DNA of 64,000 nucleotides, taken from Tubiluchus corallicola. Its lineage: Eukaryota; Animalia; Priapulida. A model generated the notes under the pieces. The model saw only the letters and a list, made by a program, of their open reading frames with translations, searched no databases and was not told where the DNA came from. The position numbers and the translations under genes were made by a program. Where the stretch lies: NCBI GenBank assembly GCA_030141605.1, contig JAQGDQ010000562.1, forward strand, positions 62,001 to 126,000. Reading direction: 5' to 3'. Positions 1 to 14,130 of the stretch are shown here, one piece after another. Position 1 is the stretch's first letter, and every line of letters begins with the position of its first letter.

Positions 1-2365
1 AATGATGGATAGTCCTTGACAATTTACAAATGTATTTTTTTACAATAATATTATCATTATTATTAGCTCCATTAATATCACCATTACATTAAACTAAGGA
101 TCTAATGTTTTAAAGAGAGAAATTGTGTAGGGCACATAGTCAGCTAGTCTGTTTACTTAGTAGAAAACAATTATTTGTCCAAGAGGTAATGAAACAGATC
201 AGCTGTCTGTGAAGCGAGAAAAAATAAGAAATGATATTATACCTGAAGCAAATGTTGGAATCGCCTAAAAAGCGGGCTTATTTCACTTCAAAATTATTAA
301 CATCGAAGCCAAATTTAATATTGGCCGTTATACTATAAAATTATAGTTCAAAATAAATTCGTTTTCAATTATTATTATCAAATAAACAAGGATAACGAAC
401 GTTACCAGTACGGTTAACGACTCAATTCGTGACCTGTCGCTACTGTCCTACTTGGGCAACCGATGTATAACACGTACTACTTGGGCTAGCCCATGTACGC
501 CAAATGTCCTACTTTGGCTAGTGTCCTACCTTGCTCCAAACACTGATAAACGTAGCCAAAGTATACAAAAACAAACGAGGGAATCAGCGCAGTAGTTCGC
601 GCAGTTAGTGTCGCCCTAGCGGCAGTTCAGTACGGACTGTTGTTGTCAGGTACGATATAGCGCAAGCTGTGTGTACTGTAGCAGATGAATTGATGAGACT
701 ACCAAAGCAAGACCGGTTAACAGGCGCTCTAAATTGCTCAGCAGTGAGTTGCGAAAACACAAATAAAAATATCTTCTTAAATTTTGCAAGGATGCAGCCA
801 GGTAATTATAATAAAATGTTAATTATAACACAGTTTTGTAACTTTTGTTACAAGTTAAATATTTTGTACACTAAGCAAAGACTGCAAGGCCTACATCTCT
901 CTTTGGTGATTTATAGCAGCTGTTATATTTTTGAATATTATTTAAAGCATGCATAAGGCACTAAGAATAATTAGTAGTTAAAATAAAAACTATTTTAATG
1001 ATGTAAATTCCTGTATTTACACTTGCAAGATCTCAGGAATGCAAGCCGAAAAATTTTACTACACAAATGGCTGTTTAGGTGGAATCATTCTTCAAATGTT
1101 AGATTTTCTATCATTTGTGTTCTTTAATAGAAGGCTTGAGTATCTCAAGCCTCATATCTCAGCCTCATAGCCTCATATAATCATATCTCATGAATATTAA
1201 TAGGCTTATTTACAAAAGAAGTTAAAAAAGTTGATCATAAAGAAAGTTTGCAAATACCTGGCTCATGTAGTATTCTATTTCTGGAGAAATATTTTCTCTA
1301 AAAACATTCCTATTTAATATGTTCTTATCAGGAAATATAACTTGAAGTAATATTAGGCCTGACTTTCCTGTGTAATACCTTTCATAGAAAAAACTCGATT
1401 TTTTCAGAAGAGCAATTAATTTTTCCAGAATAAAACTTAATCTAAGCATCTACATGTTTTGTTAATTCCAAGTTAAAAGATGTTTAAAAAGCATATAATC
1501 ATACATTGGCCTTTGTTATGAGTTGGAGTTGGTTATGAAATCACGTTGAACAAACGGAGATGCATTTATGACATTACTCCTCTTTTTCATTATCAGTGAA
1601 CAAAAATATAACAAAACAAAACATCAGAGCTGTCATCCTAAGCAGCCGACATTACTTCCACCTATATAACAAGGTCAAAATCTAGTTACGGAATCAGGTG
1701 AGAAGCCAACCTGGCACATAAATTCGAATCGGCAGGCGTGTCATAACACTTTATATATCATGTGCAGACGTCACTTATATTTAGCCTATTTTTTTAAGAT
1801 TCAGTTAGGCTTACGTCAAAATAGGAGTTCATTAAATACAGTTTGCTTACATATAAAAAATGTACTTGTATAAGTGTACTAATAAAACACCTGTGGCTAA
1901 ATCCACTGACAAGTCTTGATAAATATTTATTGATGGGCTTAGGTTAATTGATTTTATACAGGCCTAGGTGCTAAGGGCAATCAATTTATATGGTTAAATA
2001 TATAGGTACAGCTTCATAGATTCTTTGTATGTAATAATGCATACATCATACATGTATGCGAGTCTGTGTGCATGGATGTATCAAGACGTTACGACGTCCT
2101 AGGCTGGCAGTTCAGTCTTACTCATCTCTACTACTGTAATGATTATTTATACATGAAGCACCATATGCAATTACCTGTTGTGTGCATGCGTGTGTGTTCG
2201 AATTATTCAAATACAAACCTACAATATAATATATGTGTAACTATATAGATTAATTGCAAGGCACGTAAATGGGTGCAATTTTTAATATGCCAAATTTGTT
2301 GCCTCGCATTGGAGTAAAACGACCAAGAAACAAATGGCAGAACCATCAACAAAAGGAAAAGAAGG

Positions 2366-2498
2366 ATCTCTCTCCCTCCCCCTCTCTCTGTCTCCCTCTC
2401 TCTCTCTTTCCCTCCCTTTTACTGTCTCTCCTCCTCTTCCCCTTTCTTTCTCTTTCTCTCTCTCTCTCTTCTCCTCTCTAAGAGAGAGAGGGAGAGAA
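2366..2498. repeat. Polypyrimidine (CT)-rich tract followed by a (GA)n tract
   Basis: About 115 nt of near-pure C/T followed by aagagagagagggagag. Confidence 0.85.
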
Positions 2499-2759
2499 AA
2501 ATCAATAAATCAATAAAAAATGCATTACTTTTTTACATAGTAGGCAGCCCATCAAGCAGTCATCTAGCCTCTTTCCTCAGGAAGAACAATAAAATTTTAC
2601 TTACAAGAAACTGAAGAAGTAATTGCAAGTACATAATACAAACTTATTGCTACAATTTTTTTCCTTTTCATTAAATGTTTTCAGTTTTTTTAAACTAATA
2701 ATTGCTTTTAATTGAGATATTCTTCTTTTATTAAAAACGCAAAAGTGATTTTGGCTTGT

Positions 2760-3171
2760 CGAAATTGCGCGTATGCCAACATTATTGGTGAACTTGAGAA
2801 TATTATTATTACAGTCAATGCGCCGCTCAAAATTTTTTAATCATCCGCCGTTTGATGGCGCCAGCATAGCCGCTAATCGCAAAACCAAATATGTACGGAC
2901 AAAAAGCTTTTCGCCGTCTATACACTTTGACGTAGCGCGGAATACGGGAAATCATTTGTCAATAGTCAACATGCATTTGTTGTAGTCGAAAATATCCCGT
3001 ATTACCGCTTTGTCGAAAAATGACACCCCAAAACTCTTAGAATTTAAAATTACGACAGAAAGTCCGGCCAAATTCCACCATGTTTATTTACAGCGTACTC
3101 AGGCATTGTGTTATATGGCGCGGGTGAATCATAAATCTTGAACGACGCGAAGAGTTAACTCAAGAGTAAGC
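2760..3171 (+). promoter_or_regulatory. Candidate promoter and non-coding first exon of the NEK gene
   Basis: CpG-enriched patch ending in a donor-like |GTAAGC at 3166. The first NEK coding exon has an acceptor 19 nt before the ATG (exon start 7310), so an upstream exon is expected. Confidence 0.35.
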
Positions 3172-4160
3172 AGCTGGCTATTTTTATCGATAAATAATTA
3201 TATTTCAGCAGTCAGCACTATAGTATTACTAGTTAATAGTATTACTTTAGTTTAGTAAGACCATCCAATGAAGTTCCACGATCCGTTCCAGCCTGAGTGG
3301 ATTCTAAAGTTTTTCGAATTCAGTTTATCGTAAACCAACACATCTGACCGTTGTGCCATATCCCACTGACCTTACTTCCTGAGCATACCATGACAGCTGT
3401 CGCTAGGTTGCGCTTCCACTTGAGAGACAACTTTAGAGAGATAACATAAATGTAAAACGCGAGAGAGAAAACGTGTGGTAAAACGATTAAAGGGGTTTAA
3501 CAAGAGTGACAGCTATGGGCAAAAGCCTACTTATACTAGGCTTCCCCGTGTCGACCTATGGTAATTTACGGAAATCTAAAATCTTCATAAGCTCCATTTC
3601 TACAGTGTTATGAAAATATTGAACCATAAAGAATATGAAGATGTGTTATTATCTATTACAGAAATTGATTAATTAGGCCCATACGGCTCAAGAATTGGTG
3701 TTCTGATTTAGCACTTTTTATTTCTGTGCAGTTTATTCTATAGGAGGGGCCTAGTGAACGTTAAATGATGTCTGGCTGTGTTTGTTCTGCAGTATCGCAC
3801 TTTAAATTCCTTTGACCTAGTGCTGTGAAATTTAACGTTTAATTGAAATGGATTATTGAAAAAGATTGAATGTAGTTATTTAACTGTTTTATACATACAC
3901 CCATATATATATATATATATATATATAGGCTATAATTAACTAAACCGTCAACTAATAATATTTTACATTCTTTAAAATGGGTATTATCTATATGTGCCCT
4001 TCTAATTTGTTTGTAAAGAATGCGCAAAAAACTCCACTTTGCTAGCCAATCACATTTCCTTTAATTGTGAAAAATTATTTTGTATAGTTTTTTATGTAGT
4101 TGCTCATCAGAGCTGTATTACTGCACTTTATGTTACTTTCAGTTTAGTACATAGCTGAAC

Positions 4161-4790
4161 ATACAGTAATGCATTTATCTCATTCTGGATATACAGTAAT
4201 GCATTTATCTCATTCTGGGTATACAGCAATGCATTTATCTCATTCTGGATATACTGTGATGCATTTATCTCATTCTGGATATACAGTAATGCATTTATCT
4301 CATTCTGGATGTACAGTAATGCATTTATCTCATTCTGGATGTACAGTAATGCATTTATCTCATTCTGGATGTACAGTAATGCATTTATCTCATTCTGGAT
4401 ATACAGTAATGCATTTATCTCATTCTGGATATACAGTAATGCATTTATATCATTCTGGATATACAGTAATGCATTTATCTCATTCTGGATATACAGTAAT
4501 GCATTTATCTCATTCTGGATATACAGTAATGCATTTATCTCCTTCTGGGTATACAGTAATGCATCTATCTCATTCTGGATGTACAGTACTGCATCTATCT
4601 CATTCTGGATGTACAGTAATGCATTTATCTCATTCTGGATATACAGTAATGCATTTATCTCATTCTGGATATACAGTAATGCATCTATCTCATTCTGGAT
4701 ATACAGTAATGCATCTATCTCATTCTGGATATACAGTAATGCATCTATCTCATTCTGGATATACAGTAATGCATCTATCTCATTCTGGAT
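4161..4790. repeat. Minisatellite, 30-bp unit x21
   Basis: Unit ATACAGTAATGCATTTATCTCATTCTGGAT, in exact register with the 60-nt lines, with few substitutions. Confidence 0.98.
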
Positions 4791-5054
4791 GCACAATAAG
4801 TATCGTTTAAGCTTGAAAAAACTGATTGTAACTTCTAAGTTTGTACATTTGTTGCATAAACCTTGAAATGGTAATTTATGAAGAGTGTAACAACAAGATG
4901 AACACATAAAATTGCTTGTAGCAGCTTTATCAGTTACAGAGTTTATAACTTCACATTGCCGTCCTTCATATACAGCAGCAGAGAAAGTTCTTTGTCTTGC
5001 TGATATTGTGCAACAAACTGAGAAATACTACAAAACACTAGATTTGTTTTTCAG

Positions 5055-5356
5055 CAGTTTTTATGATTTCTGTATCTTGACCATTACTGTAGGACCAGTG
5101 TATCAGTTTTTGTGATTTCTGTATCTTGACCATTACTGTAGGACCACTGTATCAGTTTTTATGATTTCTGTATCTTGACCACTACTGTAGGACCACTGTA
5201 TCAGTTTTTGTGATTTCTGTGTCTTGACCATTACTGTAGGACCACCGTATCAGGTTTTATGATTTCTATATCTTGCCCATTACTGTAGGACCACTGTATC
5301 AGTTCTGATGATTTCTGTATCTTGACCATTACTGTAGGACCACTGTATCGGTTTTT
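5055..5356. repeat. Minisatellite, 49-bp unit x about 6
   Basis: Unit CAGTTTTTATGATTTCTGTATCTTGACCATTACTGTAGGACCACTGTAT. Confidence 0.95.
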
Positions 5357-5507
5357 CTTTTTTGCAATTTGTGCAAATTTTGCACTTCAAAAATGTCGAA
5401 ATTACCAATGAAAACAATATGCCGCACACCAATCTGTGATATTCATTAATGCAGAAGTTTAGCCGTTGATGCTTCGTTGGTTTTTTGTGATCAATTTTCA
5501 GTTACTG

Positions 5508-5710
5508 TTTATTGGACCTACTTCAAGAATTGTACCGGAGGGGTCGATCTTTTTACTCGTTGTTGTCATTATCGCCGTTGTTGTCTTTACATTGTGGCCA
5601 GGATTTTGTTTAGGACTGCTTAAAACTTGTATTCTTTGCATATAGTATTATTACTAAAAGAGAGACTACTACTTCATGATGCCCAAAGTCAAAAAATTCA
5701 TGTTTGAGTA
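5508..5710 (-). mobile_element. Degenerate Helentron/HINE-like non-autonomous remnant
   Basis: T-run plus imperfect hairpin (ggacc..ggtc), then a (GTT/GTC)n-like microsatellite and aaacttg/ccaaagtcaa motifs, the same layout as 17270-17580 reversed. Recognised by pattern only. Confidence 0.3.
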
Positions 5711-7328
5711 GCTTTATTACATTTTATCTGTAAAAAAATCATAACAAAATATAACAAACTAATTTGAGCCCAAGAAGAAACAAGGAAATTAATAATAAAG
5801 TGAGACTGAACAATCAAAATAAACTTACATCATGGCTCTACTACTCTTGACAAATAAATGGTTTAACTGAGACAAAACAACAACAACTCTCTTAGCCAAG
5901 GACAGACTGCCAACTAACCAGGTAAACTAGCTCTGTCAGTAGAGCATGACAGAAAGAAGCCAAGTCAAGACATACATACATGAATGCAGTTAAAAAGGAC
6001 AGTATAGGGGGTTTACAGAATGAAAGAACACTGAAGTACAACCTAAAATCCTTCACAAAAATAATATCAGAGGTTTGGGAAAATGTGAATGAATTTAATT
6101 GCATAGAGCTGAATACAACCCAATCCATCAATACGTTGTGCCAGCAAGCCAGAGCAGGATACTTTTAGAAGTCTTAGCAACATGATTATTGATCATGCTC
6201 CTCCTCCACTTGGAATTTGTACAACGGCCGATATTGATTTAATCATTTACCTGTGGAATGCTTACCTAGGTAACTCACTTGCTGAGTAATTAATGATGTT
6301 TGCTGTGCAGTGTGTTAGTTGTGGCTGATAATCAAATTTAAGATTTTTTTGAGTTTGTGGTTAACAACTAAAAATAACAAATACTGTTACTGGCGTCATC
6401 AGCTGTTTTTATGTGTGAATGTGTGCTTATAGGAGCTGGCTAATAAAGACAGTTTATCTCTTACTGACCGCTACTTACTGCTGTTAAAGTAAGATGCTAC
6501 AAATTGAGATTTAAACATTGAAAAGGTTCATGCTGTTTTTATTGATTTTAGTTACCAGTAGTTAATGACAACGATTCAAGGAGTGCAGAAGTTTGTTTGT
6601 GAAAACAATTCAATGTAAATGAGTTTCTTATGATAGTGTTTTGTATAAAGTTAAAGACAAATATATGAAAAACTGGATTTTAAACACTTTTTCTAACTAG
6701 TCTGTAAATTCAATAGTTTGCTTTTAGAATACGGAGTTCTGTTTGCTTTTAATTAGTGTTCTAAGTAAGCGTGCTCAGGGGGTATAAACCTGTTCTAAAA
6801 TTAGGGGGAGCAAGCATATAAAATAGGCACCGTGATAGGCGAAACAGTTATATGTTTGTCTATGCCACAACAGACAGTATCATTGTGTCATAATAATTAG
6901 ATTTGCGGCTATTTGATCCATTGGGACAACATGTTAACCTTGACAAATGAGTTGTGTAAATGCGCACTCATTTCAGAAACACGGGAGGAAGGTTCATCAA
7001 ATAAAGTAATGACTTCAGAAAACTCTTCCAAGGCCATACCATTAAAAAAATAACGATTCGACTTTTATTGCACAAGTGAACTGAAAGAGTTAAAGAAATT
7101 ATTTAAAAGGTGCCAATTTTGAAAAATGCACATTGTGAGACCACTTGCTCTCTTTGCTTCTCTTTTAGCTACGTCACTGGATGTGCTGCGTCAGTGGCAA
7201 AAACTTAGACTCTAATAACACCTGGGAACACTTATTGTACGCTTTGATAAACTGTAATGCCTTATGTGTTTATTGCTTCCTTTACACTTCTGTGTTTTTT
7301 TGCTTTCAGAAAATCAGAAAACGAGTTC

Positions 7329-10300
7329 ATGATGCAACCAGCAGCAATGGATATTGACCCCAGCATGATGTCACAGAATGATCCACGATACGAATGTTTA
7401 GCTAATTTTGAAATTGAGAAGAAGATTGGTAAAGGTCAATTCAGTGTCGTCTATCGTTCTCGATGTAAGAGTGATGGTACAATTGTGGCTTTAAAGAAAG
7501 TACAGGTAGGTTTCAAATACACCTGGCATTCTCACTTGTTTATGTCTATTGCCCTATGCAGCTTTAAATAAATTTTGACTCTATTTTGTCGCTGTCTGGT
7601 ATTTCCAAGTTTACCAGAGAGCAATGAAATAGTTTTAACTTCAAAAAAGAAATGCATGCATCTAAAATGTTGAAATTCATCACTAAAGAGCAAGTTTTGT
7701 GATACAAACCATACATCATAACAACTAGATTATTTTTACATAGAATTTGACTACTTTTAATCTGAAAAGACTGAATAGTGCTAGTTTACTGGGTTAGACT
7801 TAAAGTTTCAAAGTCCCCCAATTGCTTAGATGGTACTTCGCTTGAGGCATTTCACCTAGAGAAATTGTCAGAGTTGGTGTCTTTTCATTTTCTTTGAGTT
7901 TAATTCAAATGGCTGTGACACATTTGTGAAACCAATAATCACGCCAAAATGCATAGGTGACTGGTACTGATACTTCTCCAGTAATATCAAAACGTAAATC
8001 ATAAAATACAATTTCTGATAATACTAAATACGCCAGTAATACATTTTTTCCAAGATTTTTGAGATGATGGATGCAAAAGCGAGGCAGGACTGTATCAAGG
8101 AGATTGATTTGCTGAAGCAGCTCAATCATCAGAACGTGATACGATACCTGGCTTCTTTTATTGAGGATAACGAGTTGAACATTGTACTGGAACTAGCTGA
8201 TGCTGGAGACCTGTCTAGAATGATAAAGGTAACGTTGCTGAGTTTCCTCTTGCATTGTATATTAAGTCAGACAGTTGCGTACAAAATTAGACTGTATATT
8301 GATTGCTGAAAGAAGTTGCCATGGAGATTATGATGCTGTTGCTTTTTTATAGAAGTAAGTAATACAGTATGTTCTGAGACCAGTCAGTGATTGATTTCTT
8401 TCTTGCAAAAAGTTTTGAAAATGTGTCATTTTGCTATATGACTAGTCAGCAATTGCACACACGCACGCACGCACACACACACATTAATTAGTAACAGTAA
8501 AATACAAACTTGCATAATATCATTTATCAGGTTGATACCTGACTAATCCAAGAACTTGAAAACGCTATCAATCTAGTGATCTTGGACGTCCAATCAGTGG
8601 GGCAAGACCAGATCAGTGGTTTTCAACTTGATTTCTTTCATCTTTGCTATTGACATTTTGGTTAACAATTTATAGTGTTCCAGAAGCCAGCTAGTGTCAG
8701 AAAGTATCTGTGTGTTTTATTTCTGTTCTCTAGCATTTCAAGAAACAGAAACGGCTAATTCCTGAAAGAACAATATGGAAGTATTTTGTGCAACTTTGTA
8801 GTGCACTGGACCATATGCATTCCAGGAGAGTCATGCACAGAGGTCACTTCCTTTCTACATTCTTTAAATCACAATTTTATAAAGTAATCTTTTAATACAA
8901 GTAAATCTTTTTTACATTTTTAAAGCATCATTGGAGTTCCGTATTTTCACGTGTTTGTTTAATGAACTGCAATAAAATGAAAAATTCTAAACATTAATTG
9001 CTTCTTTAAATGAGTTCCCTGCTCTGAGTTCCCAGATCAGACCTGCTCTGTGTTAACAAGACTGCTTAATGTATAAATGTTTTCTACAGATATAAAACCT
9101 GCGAATGTGTTCATAACTGCAACTGGTATAGTCAAACTAGGAGACCTTGGTCTAGGAAGATTCTTTAGTTCAAAAACTACAGCAGCGCACTCACTAGGTA
9201 ACTACTGTTAAATATTTTATCATCTCTTGGTAAGCTTAGGCACTGTTTCATATCTGCTCATCGAGAGAGGGTTGGTTTCAGCGTATTAGTTTTACTGTAA
9301 TAAATAAATATCATCATTTCACATTCAATTTGCAAGGCTGTTATAAAAACTTGTAATTAAGTTAAAAAGTTTACCTTTTTTATTGATATGTAATGAAATT
9401 TTTCTAAGTAATGTCCATATTTTAAATAAGTGTATTAAAGCCCGAGAGAAACTCCACAAGACTTGGACAGTTAGCATTACTCAGCATTTCTGCTTTACAA
9501 AATTTCACCAAACTCAGATATTTGTGAATTTGTGTACGAGGTCTTTAATCCCTCCAATCAGTTATTTCAATTGCGAGTTTAATTCAGTTTTTATATTTGT
9601 TTATATTTATAACTATGAGAATAATGCTTATTATATGTTTGTTTGTGTGAAGACAGTGTACAGTACATGAAGGTGCCAGCTTTTAGGAATTAACATGTTG
9701 TTTATTAGCACAAACAATCATTTCGACATCAACTCAGTTCTCAGAACATCTTTCTAAGTTATTTCTAGTTGTTTTTTGACAATTTGAATTTCACTCTCAT
9801 GATTGTGGAATGATGTAATTTATTTTATGCTTTGGTTAGTAGTGTGATAATTGTACTGATCATTTGTTTTTCGCTTAATTTATAGCATTGGAAGTGGCAG
9901 TTGCTGTCCAAATGATCGTCCGCGCTAATAAACAACATGTAAACAGTGTACAGTACTTTGATCAGATTTCAGTTACAGACCAATAACTTATGATCATATC
10001 ATTACCATGCATCCTGGATTGCTTTAAAGCTCTTTCAGTTCATCTAATAATTTGCCTATACTTGAAATCTTCTAAATATTCTGATGCTAATTTAATCAGT
10101 GTTTGTTTAGCTATTTTAGAATGATATGGTTAGACGAAAAATATATTTTTTTCAGTTGGAACTCCATACTATATGTCGCCTGAGAGAATACATGAAAACG
10201 GTTACAATTTCAAGTCAGACATTTGGTCACTGGGTTGTTTGCTATACGAGGTGAGTGTTGTTTGTAATTTATTAGTCCAATGTTCGGTGAGAAGGATTTG

Positions 10301-12283
10301 TCTTCAGTTGTGTTTAATGGGACGGGATTTGTCATACAGCTCTAAACTTGGACATATTATATTCAGTAGTGTTAGAGAGGCTATACTAGAGACACTAGCT
10401 AATATAACTATAGCTAGATGACTATAGAAAAATAAAAACAGTGTCCCATAGCTACATACGTACATTGTTATAAAAAAAGATTTTAGATAAGCCATAATTT
10501 AACAAGTAACGGGTCCAAATATGTTTAGCCTAAAACGGCAGCATCAGACTATAATTATATCAGCGTAAAAAGAAATTTAGCTTAAATGATAGGTTTGGTT
10601 TTTCATCTAACCAAAATACAGTGCATTCAATGCAGTTTTTTCTATTTCACCAGATATTAGGAAGCTTAGAGATGCATTAAACACATTAACATTAAACACG
10701 TTAAACATTACTAATACAGAGCTCTGTAATTGCTGCTTAGACACTCACACATGTAAACACGTATTCACTTGTGTGCTCACACCCTATCTGACTCATTCAT
10801 CTGTTCTAGTACTTATCTCTCCCATACACTAACCCACTCGTCCAATCTCTCATCATTCATTCTGTGGTTCACTCCTGCCGCTTAGCTAGATGCCTACTCA
10901 CTGCTTTGGTGGCTTACTAAGTTAATATTGGGTTTTAAAACAAAAAAACTGTTAAAAACTTTTAAAAACTGCTGCAAATTCAAAAATGTTGTTTCACAAT
11001 TTGTTGGAAGCTTTAAGATGTGCATTTTTCTTCCCTATGAATTGCCTTGTATTTTTTCAGCAACTGGAGTTTCTGCTAGTAGTTATAATGAATTGGTCCA
11101 TTAAATTTCACTTTGTGTACACTTCAGAACTTACTTTTTATTTTTATTCATAGATGGCAGCACTGCAGTCACCATTTTATGGAGACAAAATGAATTTATA
11201 TTCATTATGTAAAAAAATAGAGAACTGTGATTACCCTCCATTGCCATCGGATCACTATTCTGATGAGGTAAAGAGTTTAAAGTAAATATTTGCTTTGTGT
11301 GTGTTTTTTTATGAACAAGTAACAGTTCAAAATTTGAGTTGACTTGAAGCCACGCTCCCATAACTCATGCCACATTAATTAATCATGCAGTTTTAATTAA
11401 ACAGATTTGGGCTTTTTAGCAGTAGTTGACTTAATTTAATTTGCACTTGCTTTTACCTACTGTACGAATGTGTTTTCAACTCTGTTATTGACAAAAACTA
11501 TTACTCAAATACAGTGCTGATTTATTAACAGGCATAGTAGTCCATTGGCTTAAGGACCACGGGTAGCTGTGTGCCCACTGAAACTAATTTGCTGTGCATT
11601 GTGCCAGCATATAACCTTGTTTCAAGCATACACCGGATATTTCATTTTGTAATATTATCAAAACCACAAGTGCTCCTGTGCAATAAGTACAGGGCCAAAT
11701 TTGGGGGCCCACTGATGAGTTTAGCCTAGGACCCACAGGTAGGTAAATCAGACACTGCTCAGCTACTCAAAACTTAGTAGTAATAATTTTATAATCACTT
11801 ATGGAGCAGCTTGATTTTTCAATTACCTTCATGTTTTTTATTGACTTATTCCCAATTTAGCAAGTTCTCATTAAGTATTATAATTATAATAGTGATCTTC
11901 TAATAAAAATTTATTGTATGAAAAATTTTAAAAGCTGTCAACTCATTGTACATATCAATTTAAAATTGTTGATTACTGCATGGTACATCAGATACAGTTG
12001 ACATGTAAGATGTGCATAAAATGATTCCTCAAAATTTATATCAGATAAACAGAGATGTAAGCAGAGGTGTAATGTTTTTATAATCAAATCTAATTCTTTT
12101 ATTCATCAGTTTTTTCAAAACGAGTTCTTGTCAGTTATTTGTTTTTCTCTCTTGTAGCTGAGACATCTAGTCAATGCCTGTATAAATCCAGATCCGGAGC
12201 AACGACCGGATGTATCCTACGTGTATGATATTGCAAAGAACATGCACGCTGGAGGTGGCGCCACTGCTGGTGACTGTCAGTGA
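7329..12283 (+). CDS. NEK7: NIMA-related kinase NEK6/NEK7 ortholog, 7 coding exons, 300 aa
   Basis: Exons 7329-7505, 8055-8228, 8734-8842, 9090-9197, 10156-10250, 11154-11267, 12158-12283. All are GT-AG and phase-consistent (903 nt). Motifs: [105 protein letters not shown]. The DLG in place of DFG is typical of NEK6/7; NEK6 versus NEK7 cannot be resolved. Confidence 0.96.
11512..11757. mobile_element. hAT-like MITE in NEK intron 6
   Basis: Ends CAGTGCTGATTTA / TAAATCAGACACTG are inverted; flanks ctcaaata / ctcagcta match 6 of 8 as a degraded 8-bp TSD. Confidence 0.55.
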
Positions 12284-14130
12284 TATAGGGTTCTCAAATG
12301 ATGGATCTCTAAGCAATGTGATATTGTATTTTCATTGTGCAAGTTTTCTGAGTTAAATTCTGCAAGTAGTCACTGCTTATAGTATATTATATCCTGTACC
12401 GTTATTCTCTTATACTAATGATTTTAATGCAGCCTGTTTTAAGTAAATAACATTGTGTAAAATTACAAATATAGGTACATTATAGGCATATTTCAGCTTG
12501 TGAATACTAAGTTAACCATTCATTACTAAATTTCCACGTGAGTTTGTGAGGTAACAAGCCCAAAAATGGCTATTTTCTCATGTGTCTGGTTGAAAGCAGA
12601 AAAGACTCAGAGTTTAATTTAAATTGATTCAGGAAGTGTACAATATTACAAACTGAAGAAGATTTTGCACTTGCCGAAACAGACTGCTTTAGTTTTAGTA
12701 GTGACGTCGGTATAAGGTGAACTTTCTCTGTTGTACTGTAGAGACATTTTTGGCTTTTTCTTTACCTATGCACGTTGTAATCAGCAGACTATTATCCTTC
12801 TGGTGACAAATGTCAGAGACAGCATATTAAACAATGAAATTATCACTCTGATAATGGCGGCTCATTCACCAATGTGAAAAGCCGTTAGTTTTAAATATTT
12901 CACCTTTATGCCGTCCATTTATGTAAAGAACAGCAATTTTCATTTATTAGAAACAGTAGATAAATAGTTATTGTAATCAGTGTTTTAAAAAAATTGTATA
13001 CAAAAATGTACGTGACTAATTTATAATATAACTGTTGATGTACGATCGTTTTTGATCGATACTTTGTTGAATATTTTGATGTGAATGATATTCATTGTTG
13101 CCACGAACAACCTTGTATTAGTGCTGCCAGCTGCAGGGAATTATTGTACTAATAGAAGCTAGCATAACTTTAAATCACCCTTAATTTAGTGTAACCTTCC
13201 TTGGCAATTTACTCTTCACTACTAGACTTTAGTATTTTGGATAAAGAATATATAAGAAACACTAAGTCACACTACAGTAGCACAGCTATGTTAGGTCTCT
13301 GTACTTTTTCTGTGTACATAATAATTATGAAATGTCATAAGTTTCCGTGACTTTTGTTACTATTACTTATCGTAAAGGCTAATTTACTACTTTAATAAAG
13401 GCATCATGCACCTCCATTCACTCTGTGAAAACATTATAAAAGTTAAAAATTTTAATAATGCATGAACTTGGGACGCATGACAACTAAATTATTGATTTTT
13501 CATGCTATGCAATTTTTTTAAAATTTTTATGCAATAACAATTTTTGATACACTTTTTCGTACTACCGAGTTTTGTCAGTCTTCGGTAACATCATTTGCTA
13601 CCGTAAAATCGTTGACTTACATACTGCAGTTACTCTTGTCTGTCTATCAAATACTACTTACTACTTATTGATTTTCCTTTATTTATAACTTGTTTTTCTG
13701 CAATGTAATATCATCAGGTTTGTAGTTATCATTGTACTTGATGCTTCAAAAAAAACTTGCTTATAAAAGCGCCAAGGTTAAATGAATTACTGTTATATTA
13801 GAGAAGTATACACCAGTATGTATCGTTGCATCGGTTTATTATGTATATATATGTAATAAATTGTTTTATTCATTGCACAAATAAATTTTTGTGAATTTAG
13901 GTGGAAATATGAGCAGTACAAAACTTTATCTTACATGCATAGAGTTTTGTTGTGGTACTAACTTCATAGCTTTGTTTTTGAAGTATAGAATATGAACAAT
14001 GAAATTTTTGAACTGGGCTAACATACACTTGCCTAGCTTTTGTTTTACCAATTGTATTGAGATATTCATACAAATGTGCTGAAGGTGTGAAAAAAACATA
14101 TTTTCTGTATTGTACAAGTGACCACACTGT

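Noticed and set aside
2269-2516. Leu/Ser/Pro-rich ORFs resembling signal or membrane peptides
   Set aside because: They are translations of the CT-rich tract.
4128-4907. ORFs of 259, 213 and 185 aa with 10-aa periodicity
   Set aside because: They are translations of the 30-bp minisatellite in three frames, with no domain content or exon context.
5892-6131. Faint similarity to a LINE RT C-terminal region (W....MQLN, VKD)
   Set aside because: Too few matching residues to support a call without a profile search.
8843-8848. Weak NEK donor GTCACT suggesting a non-canonical intron
   Set aside because: It is still GT-AG, joins the HRD motif in frame, and lacks the U12 consensus (RTATCCTT).
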